This document shows positions 1 through 10,186 of a stretch of 64,000 nt of DNA, in pieces (the stretch's first letter is position 1; every line of letters starts with the position of its first letter). Below the pieces are notes generated by a model that made no database searches, had not been told where the DNA came from, and was given only the letters and a program-made list of their open reading frames with translations. The stretch is from Candidatus Dojkabacteria bacterium (GTDB taxonomy: Bacteria; Patescibacteriota; Dojkabacteria; JAFGLO01). The translations under genes were made by a program, and so were the position numbers. The stretch covers positions 391 to 64,390 of the forward strand of contig JAFGLO010000011.1 of assembly GCA_016927995.1 (NCBI GenBank). Reading direction: 5' to 3'.

Positions 1-292
1 AAAGTTTCGATCTACGAACCTTTCCTCTACCTGCAACCACGAGCTCTTTTATTATGGGTGAGTTAAATAAAAACGTTTTCTCGACTCCTACACCGAAACT
101 GATCTTGCGAACAGTAAAGGTTTTTGTATTTCCCTTGCCCTTAACGGCAATAACCAAGCCCTTGAATACCTGTAGTCTTTCTTTGTCTCCTTCTTTTATG
201 CGAAGGGAGACCTCTACTTTGTCACCCACCTTTACATTTGGTCTTTTTATAACTTGCTTTTCCGTAACATCTTTTACCAAAGCTGTGTTCAT
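1..292 (-). CDS. rplS: 50S ribosomal protein L19, 5'-complete but truncated by the window start
   Basis: Reverse translation from the ATG at 292 reads MNTALVKDVTEKQVIKRPNVKVGDKVEVSLRIKEGDKERLQVFKGLVIAVKGKGNTKTFTVRKISFGVGVEKTF..., a typical L19 sequence. The ORF runs off the window start. Confidence 0.8.
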   Translation of the reverse strand, partial: MNTALVKDVTEKQVIKRPNVKVGDKVEVSLRIKEGDKERLQVFKGLVIAVKGKGNTKTFTVRKISFGVGVEKTFLFNSPIIKELVVAGRGKVRRSKL

Positions 293-357
293 TTCTCAAA
301 ACATAAAATAAACGCAATTCATGCAAAAGGAAATATACCAAATTTTCCCGCATTCGT

Positions 358-471
358 CCAGTAGGGACAGGTTTCTAACCTGTCCCTACTGGACATGGTT
401 TTCGAACCTGTCCCTACTTGGACATGGTTTTCGAACCTGTCCCTACTGGATATGGTTTTTAACCTGTTCCT
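358..471. repeat. Perfect 16-bp-stem hairpin followed by about 3.5 direct copies of a 28-29-bp unit
   Basis: The hairpin is ccagtagggacaggtt-tcta-aacctgtccctactgg. The repeated unit is aacctgtccctac(t)tgg(a/t)catggtttt(c/t)g. The array sits between the ABC exporter stop codon (459-461) and the rplS start (292). Confidence 0.8.
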
Positions 472-2333
472 TCGAGGCTGTAACCTTTTGCCTGCAGACT
501 AAAGGCCTTTTTATAAATTCCGTTGTGTTTGGTCAAATCTTCGTGGTTCCCTTGTTCAACGATTTCACCATCTTCAAGAACGTATATTCTATGAGCATTT
601 CTGACGGTTGAGAATCGGTGTGAAATGATAATAACGGTTTTCCGGTCGAAACTATGATAAATATTTTTAAATATTTTGTGTTCGGCTTGGGCATCTATAG
701 AGGCAGTTGGCTCGTCAAGTATTAATATTGGGGCATCACGGTAAAACATTCGGGAAATAGCTATCTTTTGCCACTGTCCCCCCGAAAGATCCGTTCCTTT
801 TGAGAAAGTTTTATCAAGCTTCTGATCATATTTGTTTTCAAGATCAACAATAAATTCATGTGCGTCTGCTTTTTTAGCTGCAGTTTTTACCTGGTCCAGG
901 TCAACTTTTCTGTCAGGATCTCCCAATAATATGTTTTCCTTTACGCTTAAAGAGTGATACTTGTTATATTCCTGGTTTAAAACTCCAATTCGTTTGTAAT
1001 AATCTTTAATATCAATGTTTTTTATTGGTATATCGTCAATCAAGATCTCTCCTTTCTGTGGATCGTGGAATCTAAGAAGCAATTTTATTAATGTAGATTT
1101 GCCGGCACCGTTTTCGCCAACTATTGCAATTTCATCAAACGGATTTATTGTTATATTTATGTTTTTGAGAACATATTTTTTGCTATTTGGATATTTAAAA
1201 GAAACATTTTTAAGCTCAATTTTGGGTGGTGTTTGAGTTTTCGACTTAAGTTTTTGATCACCGTTGATAATCAGTGGGGCAAGTGATTCGATCTTTCTTA
1301 CGTGATCAAGGTAAGAGGCTAAATCGTAAAGATTCAGGAATTCACCGATTGTATAGTCAAGATTACCTGAAAATGATTTAAATTGTCCTTGATAAAATGT
1401 GAAATCACCCACAGAGTATTCGCCTTTTAGTACTTTTTGTAGCAGAAACGCTGTTGCAGCCAGGTATGAAAATGCATTAAGGATTAAGAGTAAAAATCCC
1501 TGGATGAAGTTTTTGTCATATATTTTTTGTTCCATATTAAGCATGTGTTCACCGCTCTTTTTTAGTTCGTTATATAGATAATTATTTGCACCCGAAATCT
1601 TATGTTCGTAAGCGTACCTATCGTCACCTAGATACCAGCCTAACCTTCTTACGAAACGATTTTCTTCTATTCTGTTGTTGTAGTAATCCCAAATCTCTTT
1701 TATAAATTTGCTGTGAATAATGTTTCCCGGGAGGGAAAAGAGGACTATGACTGCCGAAATAAATGGGGACGTTTTAAATGCAAAGTATCCTGACATTGTG
1801 ACTGATAACAGCATAGAAACAAAATTTAAAGATTCTCTTGCAAATTCCTGAACTTTGTAAAAGTTTTCCCAGGCTTTTTGAATAGAGTTTGAGATGTTAG
1901 GGTCTTCGAATTGTTGAATATCCAGGCTCGAGATCTTTTTATGTATTGCATACTCATATTTTCTTAGAAAGTAGTTTCGGAATTTGTTGGCAAGCCATTG
2001 TTCAGTCCGTCTTCCCATGTTGCTCATTGTTGAGATGGCTGTAGAAGCAATTATTATTATGACAACAGGAGAAATTAGTTCTAGTTCAGATATATCTTTA
2101 ACCCCTGTTTGGGTAAGATTTAGGAGCGCATCAATAAATTTACCTGTGTAAAATGAACCTAGTATTGGAAGAATAGTTGTACTAACCGAAGAAAAAAACA
2201 TAAGGATTGTGTAAAACGGCGAGATTTTGAAAAACAATCGATAGACCCAACTTCCATTTCGTATTATCAATCCAAACTTTTGGAGCATGTTCGTGGACTT
2301 TGGTTTTACTTTTTTATTTGTATGCCGGTTCAT
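459..2333 (-). CDS. ABC transporter, fused permease/ATP-binding protein (type I exporter, MsbA-like)
   Basis: The N-terminal half has six hydrophobic segments. The C-terminal half has Walker A (GENGAGKST), the ABC signature (LSGGQWQKIAISR), Walker B (ILILDEPTASID) and an H-loop. Confidence 0.85.
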   Translation of the reverse strand: MNRHTNKKVKPKSTNMLQKFGLIIRNGSWVYRLFFKISPFYTILMFFSSVSTTILPILGSFYTGKFIDALLNLTQTGVKDISELELISPVVIIIIASTAISTMSNMGRRTEQWLANKFRNYFLRKYEYAIHKKISSLDIQQFEDPNISNSIQKAWENFYKVQEFARESLNFVSMLLSVTMSGYFAFKTSPFISAVIVLFSLPGNIIHSKFIKEIWDYYNNRIEENRFVRRLGWYLGDDRYAYEHKISGANNYLYNELKKSGEHMLNMEQKIYDKNFIQGFLLLILNAFSYLAATAFLLQKVLKGEYSVGDFTFYQGQFKSFSGNLDYTIGEFLNLYDLASYLDHVRKIESLAPLIINGDQKLKSKTQTPPKIELKNVSFKYPNSKKYVLKNINITINPFDEIAIVGENGAGKSTLIKLLLRFHDPQKGEILIDDIPIKNIDIKDYYKRIGVLNQEYNKYHSLSVKENILLGDPDRKVDLDQVKTAAKKADAHEFIVDLENKYDQKLDKTFSKGTDLSGGQWQKIAISRMFYRDAPILILDEPTASIDAQAEHKIFKNIYHSFDRKTVIIISHRFSTVRNAHRIYVLEDGEIVEQGNHEDLTKHNGIYKKAFSLQAKGYSLEGTG

Positions 2334-2457
2334 GATTTTCTTATCTATTTAATTATAGTTTGGCAAAACGGTGTATTTTACTATGTATCTATTCGGTTGT
2401 ACAATAAAAATGTATATTGCTGGTTATCATTTTTGTCTTGTTGTATACTTAAAAACC

Positions 2458-3984
2458 ATGAAACCATTTGCGTTAATAATTCTTGATGGACTCGGTGTAG
2501 CCAGAGCATCTAATGGCAATGCCGTTGCTCTTGCAAAAACACCTTTCTTAGAAAAGCTATGGAATAACTATCCTCACGGATATTTAAATGCTGCAGAAGA
2601 AGCTGTAGGGCTACCTGCAGGCATTAATGGTAACAGTGAGGTTGGTCATTTAAATATTGGTGCCGGCAAGGTCGTTTATCAATCACTACTTAGAATAGAT
2701 AGAAGCATCGAAAGCGGTCACCTTCTTAACAACCAAACATTGAAAGCGTTGGTTTCAAAGTTGGCTTTAACCGGTGGTAGAATTCACTTAGCCGGAATTT
2801 TAAGTGATGGCGGTGTACATTCGCATATTAACCATCTATTAGAGATTTTGAGTGTTTTATCAAAGCTTTCTCCCAAGTCTCGTATATTTATCCACTGTTT
2901 TACCGATGGTAGGGACTCCGGTCCTAAATCGGCAGCTACATATTTTGAAAAACTGTCATCTCGCATTCAGATATCAGGGGTTGGTGAAATTGCAACGATT
3001 CTTGGAAGATATTATCTTGATCGTGATGAGAAGTGGGATAGAACAAAAGTTGCATACGATTTATTTACACAGGGAATCGGTAAAAGGATTGATTCTTATA
3101 GTCTTGCACTTAACGATTCCTACGAACAGAATAAAACCGATGAGTTTCTTAATCCTTATGTTCTAAATCCTGACGGAATTGTAAAGGAAGGTGACGCATT
3201 TATATTTCTAAATTTTAGGGCTGATCGTGCCACACAGCTTACTGAAGCTTTTGTTATGCCTGATTTTACTGGATTTCCCAGAGAAATTGTACTTAAAGAT
3301 CTTTTCTTTTCAACAATGATGCTCTATAGTCGGAAGTTCATAGACTATACCCAGTTAATTTTTCCAAGGAACGATATTACGGTTCCCCTTGGCAGGATTT
3401 TAAGTCAGAAGGGAATTACACAACTTCGAATTGCTGAATCAGAAAAATTTCCCCATGTTACTTACTTTTTTAATGGTGGTCAAAATATCGTTTTTGATGG
3501 TGAAGACCGAGTCGAAGTTCCCTCCCCTCGTGATGTTGCCACATATGATCAAAAGCCACAGATGAGCGCAGATGAAGTTACAAGAATATTAGGTTCCAAG
3601 ATTGAGACTGAGCGGTACGGTTTTTATGTTGTGAACTTTGCAAATCCGGATATGGTTGCTCATACTGGGAATCTTCCTGCAAGTATAAAGGCGGTAGAGG
3701 TTGTTGATGAGTGTATGAGCAGAATAGTGCCCCAAATTGTCGGTAGAGGCGGACGAGTTATAGTAACCGCTGATCACGGTAATGCCGAAGAGCTTATTAC
3801 CTCAACGGGAGATATTGATACTGAACATTCAATTAATCCTGTGCCGTTTTGTATTGTGGGTAATGGACTCTCTTCTCGCACCCTTCCAATGGGTAGACTT
3901 TGTGACATTGCGCCCACAGTATTGTCACTTTTAGGTTTTGATGTTCCGTCTGACATGACAGGTAGAGTGTTGTATAATCCTTAA
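2458..3984 (+). CDS. gpmI: 2,3-bisphosphoglycerate-independent phosphoglycerate mutase
   Basis: From the internal Met, MKPFALIILDGLGVA... shows iPGM family conservation across the whole length (e.g. TADHGNAE, NPDMVAHTG). I chose the start at 2458 rather than the ORF-track start at 2371. Confidence 0.9.
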   Translation: MKPFALIILDGLGVARASNGNAVALAKTPFLEKLWNNYPHGYLNAAEEAVGLPAGINGNSEVGHLNIGAGKVVYQSLLRIDRSIESGHLLNNQTLKALVSKLALTGGRIHLAGILSDGGVHSHINHLLEILSVLSKLSPKSRIFIHCFTDGRDSGPKSAATYFEKLSSRIQISGVGEIATILGRYYLDRDEKWDRTKVAYDLFTQGIGKRIDSYSLALNDSYEQNKTDEFLNPYVLNPDGIVKEGDAFIFLNFRADRATQLTEAFVMPDFTGFPREIVLKDLFFSTMMLYSRKFIDYTQLIFPRNDITVPLGRILSQKGITQLRIAESEKFPHVTYFFNGGQNIVFDGEDRVEVPSPRDVATYDQKPQMSADEVTRILGSKIETERYGFYVVNFANPDMVAHTGNLPASIKAVEVVDECMSRIVPQIVGRGGRVIVTADHGNAEELITSTGDIDTEHSINPVPFCIVGNGLSSRTLPMGRLCDIAPTVLSLLGFDVPSDMTGRVLYNP

Positions 3985-4009
3985 GTTATAATTTGTTTGA
4001 TTTTTATTA

Positions 4010-4633
4010 ATGAAATTTTCATTTAGTAAACCCAAACGACTCAAAATAAACATACCTAAGATTGATTTTTCGTTTTTGAAGACTGAATGGGGAATGATAT
4101 CCATTGGAATTTTAGTATGTGTTCTTATTGCCTTTCTTCTCATAAAAATGCTTTCCGGAAGAGATGCCGCACTTCTAGAGTATAGGAGACTAATGGAAGA
4201 GTTAGAGAATACATCAACCGACGATCTAACAAACAATCTTTCCGATGATACCCTCTTGCCTACGCTCTCATTTCTGTCTCAAGATGGTGAAGCCAAGGGT
4301 AACATAAGTTACGTTACCGCTGATACCGAGGAACTTAGGGTTAAAGGGCTCTCCGAGTATGATATTCTTGAGCAGAATATGGGTATGCTTTTTGTATTTG
4401 ACACCATTGTCAATGCTGCATTTACAATGGAGGGCATGAGTTTTCCCCTGGATATTATATTTTTAGATAGCAATGATACTGTTGTCGAAATTGCAAGCAA
4501 ACTTCAACCGTGCGAATCAGATTGCACGCCATATACACCGGCTAGTTCCTATCAATATGCAATCGAGGTAAATGCTGGAGTTGTTAATAACCTTGGAATT
4601 GTTGTTGGCGATATTGTAGTTGCCGGCGAATAA
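4010..4633 (+). CDS. DUF192-family protein with an N-terminal membrane anchor
   Basis: A TM segment (ISIGILVCVLIAFLLI) is followed by the DUF192 hallmark GMLFVFD...FPLDIIFLD. Confidence 0.55.
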   Translation: MKFSFSKPKRLKINIPKIDFSFLKTEWGMISIGILVCVLIAFLLIKMLSGRDAALLEYRRLMEELENTSTDDLTNNLSDDTLLPTLSFLSQDGEAKGNISYVTADTEELRVKGLSEYDILEQNMGMLFVFDTIVNAAFTMEGMSFPLDIIFLDSNDTVVEIASKLQPCESDCTPYTPASSYQYAIEVNAGVVNNLGIVVGDIVVAGE

Positions 4634-4682
4634 TTACGGCATATCATAGTTACCTTTGGAGTTCCCTTAGCATTCCTAGGTT

Positions 4683-4828
4683 TTCACAACATCCCCAGCA
4701 ATGGGAATTCAGCCTCATAGACAGTGCTCGTTGATTTTTGTAGTGTCTCCTACCTTTAGGATTGTACTAAACACGAACATTATATTCACGAGGATCCTGA
4801 ATTCCCATTGCTGGGGATGTTGTGAAAG
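4683..4828. repeat. 31-bp perfect inverted repeat (tttcacaacatccccagcaatgggaattcag / ctgaattcccattgctggggatgttgtgaaa) enclosing 84 bp
   Basis: Read directly from the sequence. It lies in a convergent intergenic region, between 4633 (+ gene end) and 4850 (- gene end). Confidence 0.75.
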
Positions 4829-4849
4829 TATTAAAAGCTGTTTCGACGA

Positions 4850-5467
4850 TTAAAGGCTGTTCATTATGTTTGTAATCTTTTGTGCCCAAGCTTCAGGTGT
4901 TACGGGATTGTATACCGGAGCCATAAGTGCGGGTGTTGTGAGTCCTTTTGCATAGTAACCTTTTGCAATACCGTTAACAACTGTAGCAATGGCCTCTTCA
5001 AAGCTTGTATATCCAAGATTACCCCATCCGAATGGATTGTATGGTCGAAAACACACTACTCCACCACCGGATTCAACAATGGAAATTGCAACGATAAGTC
5101 TGTAGTCTACTCCCATTTTTGCCGAGTATCGAACCAGAAATTCCGCAGAAGATGCCATAGGAGCCTTATATTTTTCGTAGAAAGCTTTTACTTTGGTAAC
5201 ATTTGCCATGATTTCTTCTTCTTTTTGCATTCGGGCGGTTTGATTTGCTGATAAATTGCTGTAATTTTCGGTTTTTCCGAAGAAATAGCTGTTGTCAAAT
5301 GGAGTTGTAACAATGTCAGAATAGATGTTTTCATCTTCGACTTTTGATTCAGCTCTAACGGGAAATTTGATACCGGCACCGTAAAGAAATACAAGAGCGT
5401 TTCCTACAACAACTGAGCTAACCCCTACACCGATTGCCAATCCTAACACTTTTTTAAAGGTATTCAC
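4850..5467 (-). CDS. Secreted lysozyme-like / glucosaminidase-like protein (hypothetical)
   Basis: It has an N-terminal signal/TM. The C-terminal domain contains IVAISIVESGGG...GWGNLGY, reminiscent of lysozyme-like glycoside hydrolase folds. The assignment is weak. Confidence 0.4.
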   Translation of the reverse strand: MNTFKKVLGLAIGVGVSSVVVGNALVFLYGAGIKFPVRAESKVEDENIYSDIVTTPFDNSYFFGKTENYSNLSANQTARMQKEEEIMANVTKVKAFYEKYKAPMASSAEFLVRYSAKMGVDYRLIVAISIVESGGGVVCFRPYNPFGWGNLGYTSFEEAIATVVNGIAKGYYAKGLTTPALMAPVYNPVTPEAWAQKITNIMNSL

Positions 5468-5630
5468 GCAAAACGTGTCCCTTATAAATTAGCCTCGCAT
5501 TCTCTTACAAATTTTTGCAAGGTGCGAGAGTTTGTCCTTGAGATTTCTCCCAAGGGATTCTAAAGAACAATTTATGATTGTATTATACCATGAAAATGGC
5601 ATTTTCTCAATGTATCTTTAGTCAAACTCG

Positions 5631-5697
5631 GGCGAGTATACCCTGGTCTTTGGTGAATGTCAACAGAGTGTCAGAATACTCGCCAAGTTATTTTTTA
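5631..5697. terminator. Hairpin (9-bp stem ggcgagtat / atactcgcc, 36-nt loop) followed by a T-rich run; terminator-like mainly on the + strand
   Basis: Seen in the sequence. It lies directly after the stop of the 1457-aa minus-strand gene. Confidence 0.35.
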
Positions 5698-5700
5698 TAA

Positions 5701-8700
5701 TTACTTTTCCTGTTTTCGTCTCGACAATATTATTCCTATAACAAGGAGTATAAACACAAGGATCGGAATAAGAATCCACCAGGGGAATCTATTATTACCT
5801 ATTAGTCTAATGTTTACGTCCGCAGTATCCTTATCAGTTACTTCTATAGTTTTGTTCTCGCCAAGTGAGTACTTTGAAGGTAATTCGTCGTCTATTATTT
5901 TTACAGTATATTTTCCTGGACATACTTTTAGTTCCCAATATCCATTATCGTCTGTTATTGCCTCCATTTGGTAGGTTTTTCCGTCGAACTCGTACTCAAC
6001 AAGGATCTTCTGGTTTGTAAAGATTTTTTCGTTTTCATCCTTTTTGTCATTTTTGTTTTTATCTTCATATACATAACCCGAGATTTTGTATGTAATGCTA
6101 CATCGTTCCTCGGTAGTACCCAGGATATTATTATCAAGGTCCTCTTCTTCCGGCTCCAAAGATTCCGGTTCAGAAACCGGTTCTATAGGAATTATGGGTT
6201 GGATAACCGGTCTAATCGTTACGATCGGTTGAGGAATAATTATTACTACCGGTGGGTTAACTGTTACAGTTACTGATTTTGTTGTACAGGTATTCTCCGA
6301 CAATGGATTGTCAATAAATCTTGCTTCGCAGACTCTCAGAGTAACAGTATAAATACCGGCCGCAAGATATTGTTTTGATGGAATAGTTATGTTTCCCGGA
6401 GTACCGAATGTTCCTAATGATTGAAATCCTTCACCTGTACCGTAATCTATTTCGGCATACCAGGGTGAGTCGTCAGGTACTTCCTGAATCCAACCGGGAT
6501 CACTTATATATGAAGGGTCTCCAAACATTGCGGTGAAGTTAGCGACTCCACCTGTCTCAATTATTTGATTGCTTCCTAATACAACCGCCGGTGCTACATT
6601 ATTAATTGTTATAGTTACCAAATACGCCTCACTTTCATTCCCGGCAAAATCCGTTACGTAGTAACGGATTGTATATACCCCCTCGGGTATATATGAAGTG
6701 TCTGTGGGAACGTCAATATCTGAAAAGTCAATTGTTTCTCCTGTTAAATAGTGGAAAAGTTCGTTTAGTGTTCCTCCATATCCACAACCGTCATATCCGC
6801 AACCAGCCATACTTACATCTATTGCTGTATCAAGGATGGTATATGTTCCATCGGGATCTGTAAACGTTATGACAACGTAAACCATGTCAAGATTCCCGTT
6901 TGTGTCACGCATTTCAAGGTCGTTGAGAAATCCAAGGTTTAGTAATTGACCTTCGGTTAGAATTAGATCGTCAATTGTTGAAATTGTCGGAGCTGTATTG
7001 TCAATATTTAACGGATAAGTGCTTACTGTATAAGTTGTATTATTTGCAAGATCTGTTGCCTTTACGCAAACATACATACCGTTGTGACTTTCGTCTGCTA
7101 TGGTAAATGGTGTGTTTGATTCAAAGCTTTCTGTAAATACGACTGTGTTGTCGCAGGTTCCATCTGTGAATGCATATTGATAAGTTGATGGGTCAGGATT
7201 ATTATCTGTTACTAAGATCGAGATAATGTCTTCAAGATTAAAACCGGCCTCAACGTCATCGATAAAGGTAACGACAGGAGGTGTTACATCGTAAGTTATA
7301 TAACAAGTATTGCTCCAGTCCGAAACCGCGCCGGTTAATGTATCTATTGCCCTGACTCTTGAATAATGTGGAACTTGACCATAACCAAAGCTTCTATAGT
7401 TGGTGTAAGGGTTTGTATAAGGCTCCAGACCCGCCCAGGAGGTTCCGTTTGAAGAGTATTGTCTTTGATATTGTATATTTGGGTTTCCTGCTGAAACATC
7501 TGTCCAATGAACTGATACGCCATTTATATTGGTATAACCGCCTTCACAATCGTATCTTGTTGGTCTTTGGCTAATTGGTGTTCCATCGTTAACATTGTAA
7601 CCAATTTGTACTGGAGTTAAGGGTTGAACAAATCTAAAGCCTACCGCGTCGGCAATGGCAATTTGTCCGCCTGATAAACCCGGACCCTGGAGTACAACAG
7701 AGCCCTGCTCGTTTACAAATGTGTATTCTCCTAACGATACCCAGCCTGATTGAGATTGTTCATAGGTTACTGCGCAGGTTGCTTGATCTATTGTGACAGG
7801 GGAACCGCTGTTTATTGTATATTCTACCTCGCCTCGCGAAGCCGAGGGTTCACATCTGTATTGGGTGTAAACTTCGTAAACACCGTTTAGAAGATCATTT
7901 GTTGTCCATGTGGCTGTGGCGCTGGTTGATCTTAATGTCTGAGTGTCTCCTCCAACGTAGGAACTAGCTATGGCTTGAACACTTGGATCTGAGTGATTGA
8001 CGTGTATGGCCATATTTGCTCCAGAAACAGAGAAAGTTCCGTTGTTATTATGGTCTGAATATAAGGCACTGTCATCAATAACTATATCCATTGGTTCTGC
8101 ATACTTCCACTCTATAGCTGAATCGCTTTCGTTTCCTGCCGAATCTACTGCCGTGACAATATAGTTGTGGAGACCTGTTGTTGAATGTGTGTAACTTAGG
8201 TCTGTTCCTTCATAAATCGGTGTTATTGTATTATTATCGGCGTAAACTCTATAAAGAGTTGCGTTGGATACCGCTTTCCATGTAACTAATATTTCATTTG
8301 TATCCTCCTCTAAAAAGAAAAGTGGGGATTCTGGAGGTGTTGTGTCTAATTCAGTGTAGTCAACCATTCCTAAAACGCTATTGCCTGTTCCGCCTGAGTT
8401 TGTTTCCGGAATACTGCCGTCGCCACCTGTTGTATCGTTGGGACCTGTTGCATCTCCCCAGTTATTTCCTCTTGCATCGATAAGAACAGTAGTTGTTGGA
8501 TCACCGGTTACAGTTGTTGTCCAGTTTGAAAGCCCGTAATTATTGTTTCCGGAGATTGTTACACCATGAATTTCAACATTTGTGACGTAATTTCCTATTG
8601 AGATTCCCCCACCGGAAGCTGTGGTTCCGCCGTTTCCTGTAATTGTGCCGCCATTTATTGTAACTAAATCTAAGGTTGTTGTATTTAGTCCATAGCCTGC

Positions 8701-10074
8701 GGTATCGTTTCGTCCTTTTATTGCGATTCCCTTGCCTTGTGTTACTCCTAAGCCATTTCCTGTTACAGTTGGATTGTTAAAGGTAATATTGGAGTAATTT
8801 CCATTCTTTAGGTTGATATCTATACCGGCATTGTGTGCTGCAAGTCCACTTGTTGTGTTTTGTCCGTTATTTGATGCAGATATGTTTGTAAACGTTGCAT
8901 TTGATAATTTCTCGACGTATATGCCTTTAAAGCCATTTGAATCAAATGAACTGTCAGTAATTAATACGGTGTTAACGTTAGAAGTAGTATCTGGTGATGG
9001 GTTTGCCCCGGCAGGGTTTTTTGCAAAGTAGATACCGTAATGTAAATTGTTAAATGCGGAGTTTGATATTGTAAGCCCATTAACTGTGCCGTGTACCATA
9101 ACTTTTAAGCCAATCTCGGTCTCTGTTCCAAAGTAGGTGGCTGGTCCGATAACCATTACATCGCTTATGGTAAGGTTTGATATTGCGATAGGGTCACCTC
9201 CTACGGGTGAGTTTGTCATTATACCGACTTGAATACCCGCTGAATTTACTGGTGTTACACGAAGGTTTCCAATATTTACATTTGATGCAGTTACGGTTAT
9301 TGCAGCTGCGCCTGAATTTGAAGATAATATTGTATCTACAAGAGGATCCGTACCATTTCCATTTCCCTGTAGGGTGATTTCTTTGTCAATTATTATGTTG
9401 CCACTGTATGTTCCGGCTGTAACCTGTACAGTATCGCCATTCGATGATGCATTTATCGCTTCCTGAATTGTGTCGTAGCAGATGCCGTCGACAGTTGCGA
9501 CGACACATGCGTTTCCATTTCCTACCGGGTTTGGGTTTATAACAATAAAGATTGTGAAATGATCGACGTTTTCTGCAATAATTGAGTTTTCTACAGTTGA
9601 AACATTATTTAGTTGAGCAAAGTTTACGCTGTCTTCAGAGTAAGCAATGGTTGAATCGGGTTCACTATTATTTGGAAGGGTAAGTGTAAATTCGAAGCTG
9701 TAATTCGGCATTGTCGATGTTACCTCAAGTGCCCAGGGATAAATAGCAGAAGTTTCTTCGATCTGTTTAGTGGTAAGAGGGATCTTGTTTATTGTTATGA
9801 TTCCAGGCTCATCAACTTTTGTAAAGGTAATAGAGATTGATGGGTCGTTTGGAAAAACATATGTTCCAATTGTGATTGGTTCGTTAGAAGTAAATGAGCC
9901 GTCAGTATTTTGAATCCAGATTTGGTTTTCGTTGGATTCAATATAATCTTCCGGTGTGTCTGCAAGTACGGGATTTGAAAGCAGGAAGAAGAGTGAAGCT
10001 GTGTTACCGATAATTAGATTTAGTAAAAGAAAAATTTTTACTAATCGGAACAAATGGGTTTTAAGTTTTTTCAT
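5701..10074 (-). CDS. Giant cell-surface protein (1457 aa): signal peptide, parallel beta-helix repeats, FN3-like region, SdrD/Cna-B-like domain, C-terminal TM anchor
   Basis: It has an N-terminal signal peptide and NxGxxN-style beta-helix repeats (NNGQNTTSGLAAHNAGIDINLKNGNYSNITFNN). A Cna-B-like segment (YKISGYVYEDKNKNDKKDENEKIF...YWELKVCPGKYTVKII) is present. The C-terminal anchor is RFPWWILIPILVFILLVIGIILSRRKQEK. Confidence 0.75.
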   Translation of the reverse strand: MKKLKTHLFRLVKIFLLLNLIIGNTASLFFLLSNPVLADTPEDYIESNENQIWIQNTDGSFTSNEPITIGTYVFPNDPSISITFTKVDEPGIITINKIPLTTKQIEETSAIYPWALEVTSTMPNYSFEFTLTLPNNSEPDSTIAYSEDSVNFAQLNNVSTVENSIIAENVDHFTIFIVINPNPVGNGNACVVATVDGICYDTIQEAINASSNGDTVQVTAGTYSGNIIIDKEITLQGNGNGTDPLVDTILSSNSGAAAITVTASNVNIGNLRVTPVNSAGIQVGIMTNSPVGGDPIAISNLTISDVMVIGPATYFGTETEIGLKVMVHGTVNGLTISNSAFNNLHYGIYFAKNPAGANPSPDTTSNVNTVLITDSSFDSNGFKGIYVEKLSNATFTNISASNNGQNTTSGLAAHNAGIDINLKNGNYSNITFNNPTVTGNGLGVTQGKGIAIKGRNDTAGYGLNTTTLDLVTINGGTITGNGGTTASGGGISIGNYVTNVEIHGVTISGNNNYGLSNWTTTVTGDPTTTVLIDARGNNWGDATGPNDTTGGDGSIPETNSGGTGNSVLGMVDYTELDTTPPESPLFFLEEDTNEILVTWKAVSNATLYRVYADNNTITPIYEGTDLSYTHSTTGLHNYIVTAVDSAGNESDSAIEWKYAEPMDIVIDDSALYSDHNNNGTFSVSGANMAIHVNHSDPSVQAIASSYVGGDTQTLRSTSATATWTTNDLLNGVYEVYTQYRCEPSASRGEVEYTINSGSPVTIDQATCAVTYEQSQSGWVSLGEYTFVNEQGSVVLQGPGLSGGQIAIADAVGFRFVQPLTPVQIGYNVNDGTPISQRPTRYDCEGGYTNINGVSVHWTDVSAGNPNIQYQRQYSSNGTSWAGLEPYTNPYTNYRSFGYGQVPHYSRVRAIDTLTGAVSDWSNTCYITYDVTPPVVTFIDDVEAGFNLEDIISILVTDNNPDPSTYQYAFTDGTCDNTVVFTESFESNTPFTIADESHNGMYVCVKATDLANNTTYTVSTYPLNIDNTAPTISTIDDLILTEGQLLNLGFLNDLEMRDTNGNLDMVYVVITFTDPDGTYTILDTAIDVSMAGCGYDGCGYGGTLNELFHYLTGETIDFSDIDVPTDTSYIPEGVYTIRYYVTDFAGNESEAYLVTITINNVAPAVVLGSNQIIETGGVANFTAMFGDPSYISDPGWIQEVPDDSPWYAEIDYGTGEGFQSLGTFGTPGNITIPSKQYLAAGIYTVTLRVCEARFIDNPLSENTCTTKSVTVTVNPPVVIIIPQPIVTIRPVIQPIIPIEPVSEPESLEPEEEDLDNNILGTTEERCSITYKISGYVYEDKNKNDKKDENEKIFTNQKILVEYEFDGKTYQMEAITDDNGYWELKVCPGKYTVKIIDDELPSKYSLGENKTIEVTDKDTADVNIRLIGNNRFPWWILIPILVFILLVIGIILSRRKQEK

Positions 10075-10186
10075 TATTGAAAAATTAATATAATGTTATT
10101 CTCGTATTCTAACAAAATATCAAATTAGTTACAACCACCTGTTATTCGTCCTACCGAAACTGTAGATAATAGTAGATAATATATGA

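Noticed and set aside
358-471. Possible miniature CRISPR array
   Set aside because: The 28-bp units are contiguous with no unique spacers. The first unit is part of a perfect hairpin. No cas genes are present.
321-611. 96-aa plus-strand ORF covering the hairpin and tandem-repeat region
   Set aside because: Its sequence is just the translation of the 28-bp repeats (repeated CPYW peptides). It overlaps the 3' end of the ABC exporter gene on the other strand and has no coding-like features.
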